DNA from: an uncultured archaeon
GTDB taxonomy: Archaea > Asgardarchaeota > Lokiarchaeia > Sigyniarchaeales > SOKP01
DNA length: 29,492 nt
Assembly (NCBI GenBank): GCA_964583985.1
Contig: CAZOYD010000046.1
Location: 1 to 29,492 of the forward strand
Direction: 5' to 3'
Position numbers and translations under genes: made by a program. Below are positions 18,444 through 28,029 of the stretch, piece by piece (within the stretch, counting starts at the first letter, position 1; every line of letters starts with the position of its first letter). The notes below the pieces were generated by a model. The model was not told the DNA's origin and did no database searches. It saw nothing but the letters and a program-made list of their open reading frames with translations.

Positions 18444-21056
18444 TTAACAGATATAAAGTTCATTTCCACAAGCAAACTCATTTGTCAGCACAAATACGGT
18501 AGATCCCCACCTTTTAATGAAATCAGGAAATTTTAAAGGAGCCAAGTAATGTGTTCCCGCTTCAGTTCCATTACTTATCCAAATGTCACCACCATTAGAA
18601 TACGCACAATAATATATTTTATCTCCGGCTATAGTGATATATCTCGGATTGCTATTTGCACTCCCTGGATTACTATCCGCAACTATTGTTGTTCCCGCTT
18701 CAGTTCCATTTGATTTCCACAATTCATGTCCTGAAGTCGAATTATATCCATTGAAATAAAGATAACTGTCACTTGCAACAAGATATGATATGTCTCCTCC
18801 ACTTCCGATATAAATATCTTTAACCATATGCGTGCCTATTGCAGTTCCGTTCGTTCTCCATAATTCATGCCCATAGGTGAGGCTATTTCCTTCAAAATAT
18901 AGAACGTTATTTAAAACCGCGGATTCTAAGTTTGTATCGCACCCACTAGCAGTCCCATTATAAATATCCTTTATCATTGTAGTTCCCTCGGGCGTGCCAT
19001 CAGTTTTCCATAATTCCCTTCCATGAGTGCTATTATATGCAGTGAAATACATTATAGCTCCTATTATTTTTGCGATTTTAGGATCGGGATCTGACGCTCC
19101 TAAATAAATATCTTTAAGTCTAAGAGTGCCTGCTAATGTTCCATCACTTACCCATAGTTCGTCTCCATAGGTGGGATTTGCCCATTCTTTAAAAATTATT
19201 TTCGTTCCTAATCTATGAACTCCCCAATCAGTATCGATATCGATTTCTTTAATAAAGACGGTATTATAGGATGCCCCATTGGTTTTATAAAGACTTGGTC
19301 CATGGGATAAATCAGTAGCCTCAAAATAGAGAGTATTTCCAATTACACAAAATCCCCTAGGAGAACTTCCATAAATCGGATAAATATTAGTAACCCTATA
19401 AGTTCCTCCTGAAGTTCCATCACTTCTCCATAATTCAGCCTCTGTACCTGATGGAAATGGATCCCAAACTCCCTTATCATCTGCTTGAAAATAAAGAATG
19501 TTGTTCATTACAGTTAGATAAGATGGTATAGACGAGCTAGATGGATTTATGTTTTTGACCATATATGTTCCCGCATAAGTTCCATCACTCCTCCACAATT
19601 CTCTACCATAAGTATTTTCATAAGCTGAAAAGTACAAGATGCCGTTCATTGGCGTTAAATATTGACAGCTGGAAGAATCTACTCCAGCTCTTATATCTTT
19701 CACCATATATGTTCCTGAAGGTGTTCCATTAGTTACCCATAATTCATAACCATGGGTTCCATCATTTGCTGTAAAAAACATGAGGTTTCCTACAAAAGTA
19801 AAAGAAGATGGATTTGAATCTCCTGAAGGATTTATATCTTTTAATAGAGATACATTATTATTTACCGTCACTTTCCATGTATGACTAAGTTCCGCTTTTC
19901 CATCATCAATCGTAACAGATAGGTCATTATTTCCTGCTGAAAGGAAGGTAGTGAAATAGTAGAATTCAGTTGAATTTCCACCTACAACTTGCTCATTAAG
20001 TTTCCAGGTATAAGTTAAAGGGTTAAATTCAGGATCTGAAGCTGAAACATTGAATTTCTGGACTTGAGTTTCATTAATAATGGGATCTAACAACGGATAA
20101 AATGAATCTATTACGGGAGCGGTATTAAGATCGATTACGGTTAACGTCCAAGTATACGTATCGAATAATTCTCCATCGGTGACATTGATTTTAAGTTGGT
20201 ACGTTCCTTCATCTTCAAATCCAGTATCATGCGTATAGGTAGTAGAATTCGTTCCAACAGGACTATCGTCTACCGTCCATTGATAAGTTAATGCATCATT
20301 ATCTAAATCACTTGCAGATATGTTAAACTCTTGAGATTCACCCTCATTTATGGTTGGATTTGTAGATGGCTGAAAATCCGTAATAAATGGGGCTCTATTT
20401 ACATCGCCGACGTAAAGTGTCCAAGAGTATTCATCAGAGAGTTCTCCATCGGTGATATTGACTTTAATTTGATATGTTCCTTTATCATCAAATCCAGTAT
20501 CATGCGTATAGGTAGTAGAATTCGTTCCAACAGGACTATCATCTACCGTCCATTGGCACGTTAAAGGATCGTTATCTGGATCGTTAGCCATTATATTAAA
20601 CACTTGAGATTCCCCTTCAGCAATACTTGGGTCGATGGCAGGTTGTGGATCAGTTATGTATGGATTTCTATTAACATTTAACACGACCAAAATCCACGAA
20701 GTGGACGTTGTAGCTTTCCCATCTGATACTTCTGCTTTAATTAAATAAGAACCAGCTGAATCAAAATTTGAAAGAAATGTAAAATTATTAACATTTTCAC
20801 CCGCAGAAGTGTCATTTATTGTCCATATAAAGGATAATACGTCGTCGTCTGCGTCTAAAGCGGTTATTCTAAAAACTTGAGACTCTCCTTCTGATATTAT
20901 TTTGTTAGTAGAAGGATTACGATCTATTATTTGGGGTTGATTGTTCGATAAATCTGCAGAAGGCCTAAAAAAGAAAGAAATCATGACTGTTCCCGAGATA
21001 ATTCCGATTGCAATGATTAAAACTAAGAATAGATTTTTTTTTTTCATTGTTTTCAA
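18444..21056 (-). CDS. Membrane-anchored surface protein: four cadherin/PKD-like Ig repeats + ELWxxDGT-repeat beta-propeller
   Basis: Basic N-terminus plus hydrophobic helix; four ~91-aa repeats (NxxPxI...AxDxDxDxL..W...G.Y...V.DG); ten ELWxxDGT-type repeats; many N-x-S/T sequons. Confidence 0.85.
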   Translation of the reverse strand: MKTMKKKNLFLVLIIAIGIISGTVMISFFFRPSADLSNNQPQIIDRNPSTNKIISEGESQVFRITALDADDDVLSFIWTINDTSAGENVNNFTFLSNFDSAGSYLIKAEVSDGKATTSTSWILVVLNVNRNPYITDPQPAIDPSIAEGESQVFNIMANDPDNDPLTCQWTVDDSPVGTNSTTYTHDTGFDDKGTYQIKVNITDGELSDEYSWTLYVGDVNRAPFITDFQPSTNPTINEGESQEFNISASDLDNDALTYQWTVDDSPVGTNSTTYTHDTGFEDEGTYQLKINVTDGELFDTYTWTLTVIDLNTAPVIDSFYPLLDPIINETQVQKFNVSASDPEFNPLTYTWKLNEQVVGGNSTEFYYFTTFLSAGNNDLSVTIDDGKAELSHTWKVTVNNNVSLLKDINPSGDSNPSSFTFVGNLMFFTANDGTHGYELWVTNGTPSGTYMVKDIRAGVDSSSCQYLTPMNGILYFSAYENTYGRELWRSDGTYAGTYMVKNINPSSSSIPSYLTVMNNILYFQADDKGVWDPFPSGTEAELWRSDGTSGGTYRVTNIYPIYGSSPRGFCVIGNTLYFEATDLSHGPSLYKTNGASYNTVFIKEIDIDTDWGVHRLGTKIIFKEWANPTYGDELWVSDGTLAGTLRLKDIYLGASDPDPKIAKIIGAIMYFTAYNSTHGRELWKTDGTPEGTTMIKDIYNGTASGCDTNLESAVLNNVLYFEGNSLTYGHELWRTNGTAIGTHMVKDIYIGSGGDISYLVASDSYLYFNGYNSTSGHELWKSNGTEAGTTIVADSNPGSANSNPRYITIAGDKIYYCAYSNGGDIWISNGTEAGTHYLAPLKFPDFIKRWGSTVFVLTNEFACGNELYIC
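20215..20555. repeat. Intragenic direct repeat, 68 bp, one mismatch (20215-20282 and 20488-20555)
   Basis: tcaaatccagtatcatgcgtataggtagtagaattcgttccaacaggactatc[g/a]tctaccgtccattg occurs twice, 273 bp (91 codons) apart. Confidence 0.92.
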
Positions 21057-21464
21057 TCTTGGATGTTCAATTTAAATATAAATCAATAAAGAAATTATTA
21101 TTATTTAAACGTTATTGATGAAATTCTCTGAGATACTACAACTTTGTATAATTCTTTCTGGATTTAAATATAATTACATAAAATTATTCTCTGAATTTTA
21201 AATCCTTAATTATATTCCTATTCTATGAATTTATTCAGCCAAATAACTCTCTGTTTAGTAGGTTTAAATCATCAGGTAACCAAGTTAGCATTTATATATA
21301 ATAATATAGAATTTGTTGATTTTTCCTATTCCCAAATTGAACATATTCCCAGTTTGTAAATATTTAAATGGTATGATTTTAAACAAATTTTTATATGCTA
21401 ATAGATAAATAAGAGTTACCAAAATCTATATAAAACTTTTTAAAATTAATTTGGAAGGATAATA

Positions 21465-22124
21465 ATGGAAAATATAAAAAAATACAAAATTCTTGTTCTA
21501 ATCAGTGTAATCATAATCATCCTCGGACCAATTCTTGGTTTTTTTTTTAATAAAATAATTTTGGTCAATCAATCATTTGTTACCTCTGAAACTAGTAACA
21601 ATGATGTTCAAAATGCTACTGCGATTGAATTTACGCTTGTGAAAGATCAAAAAGCAGTAATAGAATTTTCTGCATTTACTGAAAATGTTACTGCTAACTT
21701 AATAATTTTATCAAAAGGAACTTATGATCTGGCGTATGCAGCCTCAACTGCTCCTGGAAGTATCACGGGAGAAAAATACTTTGTTTATTCAGAATTTACA
21801 TTTGGTGATGCGAATTTAGCAGGTCAGGCATTCGCAGATGATATAAGAACTATAACCGCGGAAGGATATTGGTATATTGAATTTGCAGGAGGAGTTGACG
21901 GCGATTATCTGAGATATATACCCGGAGATTACGTTGTTATTGTTTATGGAACAAATTCTGGAGGGATTAACTTGAATATTTATTTTGATCTTGTAATAAA
22001 AATAGATGGTCCTGGAGATATACTCGAATTGCTGTTTATCCTGATTGGAGTTGGTGCGCTAGTTGCTATTATGCTTTTGGCAACTATTGGATATCTCAAA
22101 AAAACAGGGAGGGGTCTTTTATAA
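21465..22124 (+). CDS. Hypothetical membrane protein: N- and C-terminal TM helices flanking a beta-rich extracellular domain
   Basis: Hydrophobic segments at about aa 9-29 and 187-210; AAGGA upstream of the ATG; TAATG overlap with the next gene. Confidence 0.75.
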   Translation: MENIKKYKILVLISVIIIILGPILGFFFNKIILVNQSFVTSETSNNDVQNATAIEFTLVKDQKAVIEFSAFTENVTANLIILSKGTYDLAYAASTAPGSITGEKYFVYSEFTFGDANLAGQAFADDIRTITAEGYWYIEFAGGVDGDYLRYIPGDYVVIVYGTNSGGINLNIYFDLVIKIDGPGDILELLFILIGVGALVAIMLLATIGYLKKTGRGLL

Positions 22125-22597
22125 TGGAAAAAAAACAAGTAAAAGCATCTCTTTTTGATAAATTACCTTTACTAGATAAGAATAGAGCAGCCAAATTTAT
22201 AATCTATGGTATAATTATAGCAATAATATTTGGACTGATGATGATGATTAGTTACTCGATTGCCGTAAATGCTGGTCAATGGGCAGCTCTAGCTAATCAA
22301 GATAATTACTTAAATTACTGGAACGGATTCTATGGATTTAATGACTTCATTGAAAGACAGGAAGAGATTGAAATGATTGCATTATGGATGGCATATCAAG
22401 ATGTCATATTTATGAATATAGCTCGCATTGGGATTAATATAGGTCTAGTGTTTGTACTAATTGGATTTCTATCATTTGCTGTAAACGATAAGATCGATGA
22501 AAATACTCGAAAAACATCAATAATCATTGCTGGATTAGTATTATTTATAATGATCTTTACTACGTTATTCTCATCCATAAGTGTAACCATAAATTAA
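22124..22597 (+). CDS. Hypothetical 3-TM membrane protein
   Basis: Three hydrophobic segments; translationally coupled to the previous ORF; followed by an oligo-T tract. Confidence 0.75.
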   Translation: MEKKQVKASLFDKLPLLDKNRAAKFIIYGIIIAIIFGLMMMISYSIAVNAGQWAALANQDNYLNYWNGFYGFNDFIERQEEIEMIALWMAYQDVIFMNIARIGINIGLVFVLIGFLSFAVNDKIDENTRKTSIIIAGLVLFIMIFTTLFSSISVTIN

Positions 22598-22879
22598 ATT
22601 AATTTTAATTTCTTTTTTTTTAATTGTTATTTATTGATTTTAATAATTCCACTCTTTTGATTGTGGGAGAAAAATAATTTTCGTGAAATATAAGTTTCAA
22701 GCTGTTTTAAACATATCTTGATATTCTCGGGATATTATATTTTATTGAGAAGATGTTTAACGAATATTTTTTTACAATTATGTCGAATGCATTATTAACT
22801 TAATTTGGGTCTCTAATTTTATTTACGTGAGGTTGTTCCTAGGATATTTAAATTATTCCTTATTTAAGATAAGTAGTAA

Positions 22880-22911
22880 TTTTAAAACTATATCATTGTA
22901 TATATTACATA
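22880..22911 (+). promoter_or_regulatory. TATA-like box and candidate operator upstream of GRE gene
   Basis: TTTTAAAA (22880-22887) is followed by TATATCA-N9-TTACATA (22889-22911), a 12/14 match to the palindrome found at the padR promoter. Confidence 0.4.
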
Positions 22912-22929
22912 ATAACTATATAACCATGC

Positions 22930-25416
22930 ATGATTAAAATGAGTGATTCTAAAGGTAAAAAATACGAGATTGCTGAACCTCATGATTTGTCTCCTCGCTC
23001 AAAGTGGATGAGAGATTATTATTTTAAAGGTGATGAGAGAAAATGGAAAAACCAGTACATGGCATTTACCACTGGAACCGATTGGGATATTATTTGGAAT
23101 GAATCTGATTATTACGTCGCTCCAGAAGTTCACTTCTATATCGGAAACAAAGGAAAGGGCGTATTTGAAAGTTCATTACGATCCATGGCGGTTCAAGTGA
23201 AATTGCCCGAAGGCTTTTGGAAATTATCACTACCGGAACGAAGGATGATCTTTTTTGAGGCAGTAATGGTAAATTATGTACCACATGAAATTATCTCCGA
23301 AAATGATCTCATTGCTGGTGGAAGGTTCAACACTCAGTTAAGTAAATGCTTAACAGAAAAAGAAGCAAAAAAGCATTGGAAGAAAAATGTCAACGCGCGC
23401 CAAGAATTCTTTAAATATCATAAATCTGGTTTTGGAAACGTTGGAGCTACTGGCGGTCATATAATTCCTGATCATGAAACCATCATAAAAAAAGGTTTCA
23501 AACATGTTTATGAAAGAGCAACAAGGGAATATGAAAAAATGAGTCAAAAAGAGAAAGATGGTGAGAAAGGAGCAGAACTTCGAGCTATGATAAAAGCAGC
23601 AGAAATCCCCAGAAAATTAGCAAAAAAGTATGCTGAAGAATGTAGAACTCTTAAAGAAACAGCTTCCACACCAGAACGTGTTGAAGAATTAGAACAGATG
23701 GCAAAAAATCTAGAGCTTGTTCCATGGGAACCCGCTAAAACATTTTGGCAAGGTATTCAAGCACTTTGGCTCACTCACATGCTAGTAATGGCTGAAGAGT
23801 CCTACCCTGGACCAGGAATCTCTTTTGGAAGAACTGATCAGCATCTTTGGGATTTATACAAAAAAGATGTGATTGATGAAAAAAATATTTCCAAAGAGTT
23901 TGCTAAAGATATTTTAGGAAGTTTCTGGTTTCATTGTAATACGGCTTATGATGCTCAAATTATGGTTGGAAAACAAGGTATAACATCTGCCTTTGGCCAA
24001 TTAATGACATTAAGTGGATGCGGTCCTAAGGGTGAAGATTTGACAAATGAGTTAACTTATGCTATTTTAGAAGTAATTGACGAATGGAGTCCTATTTTAG
24101 AACCAAAACCAAACATTCGCTTATGTCGTGCGAGTTCAGAAAAGTTACTAAATAAAGTCGTCGATATGGTTTCTCGATCCCAAGGTGCTCCATTTCTCAT
24201 TAATTTTGATGAGCGAAGCATAGCTGGAATGATTAAGGAAGGAATACCTAAGGAAGATGCTTGGAATTATGCTTGTGTTGGTTGTCTAGAGAATACGATG
24301 CAGGGAAACGATCGTTCTGGGACGGTTAATTGCAATCCTAATCTCACAAAAAGTATTGAATTAACCTTATGGAATGGGAAGAACATGCCTAATAACAACG
24401 TGGTCACAAAAAAAGGAGAACAAATTGGACCGAAAACAGGTGATCCTGAATCCTTTAATTCTTGGAATGAATTTTGGAATGCTTGGAAGACACAAATAGA
24501 ATTCCTCATAAAATATACCGTGGATGTATACAACCAAACTGAAAATCTTCGAGCAGAATTTATGCCGACTCCTTATTTATCAAGTATTGTACGTGGATGT
24601 ATTGAGAAAGGGCTTGATATACGAAAAGGAGGTCCTGATTTAAGGTTCATAACCGTAGAAGGAGTAGGATATGCCACTACTGTGGATTCATTACTAGCAA
24701 TAAAGAAACTTGTATATGAAGATAAAAAATACACCATTACGCAAGTTAAAGAAGCCATAATGGATAACTTCGAAAGTGAAGAACATTTTATCATGCAAAC
24801 CGTAATGCAAAATAAACCTCCAAAATATGGAAATGATGAGGATGAGGCTGATGAGATCGCTCGAAAAGTGATGGAACTATGGGCAGGAGAAACTTGGAAA
24901 TATAAAACACAAACTAACTTCCAATTTCGCCCAGGGATGCTATCATGGAATTATTGGGCTGGTGCTGACGCGGAATTTACAATTGCTACTCCAAATGGCA
25001 GAAAAACAGGTACGTACCTTTCAAATGCGATTTGTCCGACCAATGGCGCTGATGTAAAAGGACCTACTGCAGTGACAAATTCTGTTGGAGCTGTATTAGG
25101 AGGTAAAACTGATGATGGAGAATACGTGAATTGCTTACCTAATGGATCAAGTCATACTATTACTTTCAATCCTTCGATAATTAATGATTCAGAGCACCGT
25201 GAAAAATTTAAAGCTTATCTAAGAGGGTATGTAGAAAATGGTGGAACCGCTCTTCAAATTAACATGCTTGATTCTGAAATGCTTAAAGATGCACAAAAAC
25301 ACCCAGAAAATTATACTAATTTACTTGTAAGGGTCACGGGCTACAATGCATACTTCAATTCAATCGGGAAAGAGCTCCAAGATGAAATTATAGCACGCGA
25401 GTCCCATAAATTGTAA
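22930..25416 (+). CDS. Glycyl radical enzyme (PFL-like superfamily, non-PFL, eliminase-type), substrate unknown
   Basis: Gly loop LLVRVTGYNAYF, single-Cys loop VGCLE, SFGRTDQ, PKYGND and ATPNGRK motifs; 828 aa. Confidence 0.93.
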   Translation: MIKMSDSKGKKYEIAEPHDLSPRSKWMRDYYFKGDERKWKNQYMAFTTGTDWDIIWNESDYYVAPEVHFYIGNKGKGVFESSLRSMAVQVKLPEGFWKLSLPERRMIFFEAVMVNYVPHEIISENDLIAGGRFNTQLSKCLTEKEAKKHWKKNVNARQEFFKYHKSGFGNVGATGGHIIPDHETIIKKGFKHVYERATREYEKMSQKEKDGEKGAELRAMIKAAEIPRKLAKKYAEECRTLKETASTPERVEELEQMAKNLELVPWEPAKTFWQGIQALWLTHMLVMAEESYPGPGISFGRTDQHLWDLYKKDVIDEKNISKEFAKDILGSFWFHCNTAYDAQIMVGKQGITSAFGQLMTLSGCGPKGEDLTNELTYAILEVIDEWSPILEPKPNIRLCRASSEKLLNKVVDMVSRSQGAPFLINFDERSIAGMIKEGIPKEDAWNYACVGCLENTMQGNDRSGTVNCNPNLTKSIELTLWNGKNMPNNNVVTKKGEQIGPKTGDPESFNSWNEFWNAWKTQIEFLIKYTVDVYNQTENLRAEFMPTPYLSSIVRGCIEKGLDIRKGGPDLRFITVEGVGYATTVDSLLAIKKLVYEDKKYTITQVKEAIMDNFESEEHFIMQTVMQNKPPKYGNDEDEADEIARKVMELWAGETWKYKTQTNFQFRPGMLSWNYWAGADAEFTIATPNGRKTGTYLSNAICPTNGADVKGPTAVTNSVGAVLGGKTDDGEYVNCLPNGSSHTITFNPSIINDSEHREKFKAYLRGYVENGGTALQINMLDSEMLKDAQKHPENYTNLLVRVTGYNAYFNSIGKELQDEIIARESHKL

Positions 25417-25498
25417 TTTTATTCTTTTTACTTACAGATAACATGCCTTTTGTCTTCTTTTCAATTGATTTATAAATTCTGTAAAATTTTGGGAGATA

Positions 25499-26908
25499 AT
25501 GTTTAATGATAAAGTTCCTTTAAAATCTAAATTAGCTTATGGTGGTCTTGGAGCTGGAATTGGTTTACCCTCTCAAATTGCGTTTTCTGCTATAACTTTT
25601 TTTTATAATACGACATTAGGATTAAATACTGAATTAACTGGAATCGCTTGGCTAATTTTTTCATTCTGGAATGCAATTAACGACCCGTTGTTTGGATTTA
25701 TCGAAGATCGGACTAAATCTGAAAAATATGGAAGGCGAATTCCTTATATTCGCTTTGGTGCTCCTCTTTATGGAGTTGCATTTATTCTTTGTTGGATTCC
25801 TCTTGTGAATATTAATGATCAATTTGCTCTATTTTTCAATTTGATTATAGTTTTATTCGTTTTTGATACATTATTTACGATATTAGGCCTTATTAATTAC
25901 ACTCTTCCTGCTGAAATGGCTCTAACAGCAAAAGAAAGATCAAATTTATTGGTGTATGGTGCAGCTATATCTTCTATTTCGTATGTTATCGCTTTTATTT
26001 TACCTCTTCTGTTTTTAACTGGAAATGAATCTCCAAATGCAGCCATTGAGTTTCTATTTGTAATGATAATTGTGGGAATTATCTGTGCGATAATATTATT
26101 CATAAGTAGCTTCTATTTAAAAGAAAATAAGTATACGCAAATGGAAGAAACTCTCCCAGTACTTGAAGGCTTTATAGAAACTTTTAAAAACTATCCATTT
26201 TTAATTTATGAAGTTTCAAACTTCTCGTTTACTTTCGCTCAAACAATTCTTACTACTGCTATATTTTATTATGTTGAATATGTACTAAGTTTGACTGGGT
26301 TTTTAACCACTTTGCCATTATTATTAGTTTTTGCAATGATCTTCGCCTTTTTTGTAGTTTATAATAAATTGGTAGGAAAATACGGAGTAAAAAAAACCTT
26401 TATTTTAGCATTATTTCTGTCAGGATTAAGCTTTTTTTTGACTTTTTTCATAGGATGGTCATTTAATTTTGCACTAATTGGATTTATTTTTATTGGTATT
26501 GGTTTTTCAGGTTTTATGCTTGTAAATCAAGTAGTTATAGCTGATATTGTGGATTATGATGAAACTAGAACAAAAAAGCGTAGAGAAACAACTTATTCAG
26601 GAATAAACGCATTAATTACTAAACCAGCAATATCACTTGCTAATTGGGTGTTCTTGGTGATAATTAACAACTTTGGATTCGATGCGCAACAATCTATTCA
26701 AAACTTTTCTGCTCAAATGGGTATCATGATTGGATTCTCATTAATTCCGGCCATCTTATTAATATTTAGCTCAATAATCATGTTTTTTTATCCTTTAGAC
26801 GGTCCTAAATGGCTAGCTCAGAAAGCAGAGTTGATTAAAATTCACGAAAATAAAGAATTGGATTATTTGAAGTATTTGGAAGAAAAACGGAAAGAAAAAC
26901 ATGAGTGA
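25499..26908 (+). CDS. MFS transporter, glycoside-pentoside-hexuronide (MelB/GPH) family
   Basis: WNAINDPLFGFIEDRT, YGRRIPY, ERSNL and ADIVDYDE.RT.KRRE motifs; about 12 TM helices. Confidence 0.9.
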   Translation: MFNDKVPLKSKLAYGGLGAGIGLPSQIAFSAITFFYNTTLGLNTELTGIAWLIFSFWNAINDPLFGFIEDRTKSEKYGRRIPYIRFGAPLYGVAFILCWIPLVNINDQFALFFNLIIVLFVFDTLFTILGLINYTLPAEMALTAKERSNLLVYGAAISSISYVIAFILPLLFLTGNESPNAAIEFLFVMIIVGIICAIILFISSFYLKENKYTQMEETLPVLEGFIETFKNYPFLIYEVSNFSFTFAQTILTTAIFYYVEYVLSLTGFLTTLPLLLVFAMIFAFFVVYNKLVGKYGVKKTFILALFLSGLSFFLTFFIGWSFNFALIGFIFIGIGFSGFMLVNQVVIADIVDYDETRTKKRRETTYSGINALITKPAISLANWVFLVIINNFGFDAQQSIQNFSAQMGIMIGFSLIPAILLIFSSIIMFFYPLDGPKWLAQKAELIKIHENKELDYLKYLEEKRKEKHE

Positions 26909-26920
26909 TATTTATTCTTA

Positions 26921-27877
26921 TCAAATTGGCTTGAAATCAGTATTTTTTTCTAGAAATTCTAATTGTTTTAGAAATAAGATATCCCGTTTTCTTAGTATTT
27001 CAATTTCACTTCTACCACCATAATCGTAATGCCCTTTCCCAGTTTTAGCGCCTAATTCTCCCTTTTTAACTTTTTCACTTATTAAAGGAACATTTCCTCC
27101 TTTAGCAGTGATAATATCTTCTACTAGATCAAGACCCGTGAAATCGTGCGCTTGAACCACTCCAATTATAGGTAACCGAATTCCTAAAGTACTTTTAATT
27201 ACGAGGTCGATTTGTTCTGCTGTAGCCAAATTTCTCATCATTAACTCATACATCGCTCCCGAAATCGCATTTTGAATTTTATTTACGATGTAGTTAGGCG
27301 CAAATTTCTTCATTAAAATGGGGACCTTTCCTAATTTTTCATGCAATTGTACTGAAAGCTCGATAATTTCTTGAGATGTCTTTTTACTTGGGGCAATTTC
27401 AACTGTTGGAATGATATGGGGGGGAGAGAACCAATGATGAGCTATAATTCTCTCGGGATGGCTAATTCCCTTTAAAATATTAAAGATGTCCAAGGATGAG
27501 GTATTACTTGCCAAAATTATGTCATCGCGACAGTAATCCGACAATTTTTTAAATAATTCAAGCTTTAAATTTGGTACTTCTTTAATGGCTTCTAACGTTA
27601 GATCAGCATTTTCAGCATTCTCCTTGAGATTTGTGGAGGGATGAATTCTGTTAAGAATATTTACGATTTCAGTTGGTTTTACCCTATTAAATTCCGCTAA
27701 CGTGTTCAAATTGTTATCAATGAGATTCATAGCGCGATCCAGGATCTTCTTATTGATATCAACCAAGAAAACTTCAAATCCTCCTTGAGCATATACCTGA
27801 GCAATCGAATGGCCCATGTTTCCTGCTCCAATTATTAAAACGTTTTGAATATCACTTAATTTCATTTTTAATTTCAC
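26921..27877 (-). CDS. 3-hydroxyacyl-CoA dehydrogenase family protein
   Basis: IIGAGNMGHSIA, EAIKE..LK, ILASNTSS, HWFSPPH..VEI, DFTGLD and GELGAKTGKG motifs. Confidence 0.88.
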   Translation of the reverse strand: MKLKMKLSDIQNVLIIGAGNMGHSIAQVYAQGGFEVFLVDINKKILDRAMNLIDNNLNTLAEFNRVKPTEIVNILNRIHPSTNLKENAENADLTLEAIKEVPNLKLELFKKLSDYCRDDIILASNTSSLDIFNILKGISHPERIIAHHWFSPPHIIPTVEIAPSKKTSQEIIELSVQLHEKLGKVPILMKKFAPNYIVNKIQNAISGAMYELMMRNLATAEQIDLVIKSTLGIRLPIIGVVQAHDFTGLDLVEDIITAKGGNVPLISEKVKKGELGAKTGKGHYDYGGRSEIEILRKRDILFLKQLEFLEKNTDFKPI

Positions 27878-27946
27878 TTTGAAAAATAATTATTAATATT
27901 AGATTTGAGTCCATTATTTAATTATATTTCATCTCACAAACTTCTT

Positions 27947-28023
27947 TCACATTATGTGACCAAAACCGACACATTTAAATAGTATAGTTGCATTTAATAT
28001 TATATGACTAAAATGATCATATA
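27947..28023. promoter_or_regulatory. Two palindromic operator-like sites flanking a TATA box in the divergent dehydrogenase/padR promoter
   Basis: TATGTGA-N9-ACACATT (27953-27975) and perfect TATATGA-N9-TCATATA (28001-28023); TTTAAATA at 27974-27981. Confidence 0.6.
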
Positions 28024-28029
28024 TAAAAA

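Noticed and set aside
20215-20555. Diversity-generating retroelement TR/VR pair
   Set aside because: There is a single synonymous mismatch, both copies are in-frame domain repeats, and no reverse transcriptase is in the window.
21121-21253. CRISPR array
   Set aside because: The repeats are only ~8 bp and degenerate, and there are no cas genes.
5767-27877. Selenocysteine read-through at TGA-terminated genes (GIFT, tldD, Zn-ribbon, cdc6, MFS, dehydrogenase)
   Set aside because: The proteins appear complete at the TGA, and none sits at a position expected for a catalytic Cys.
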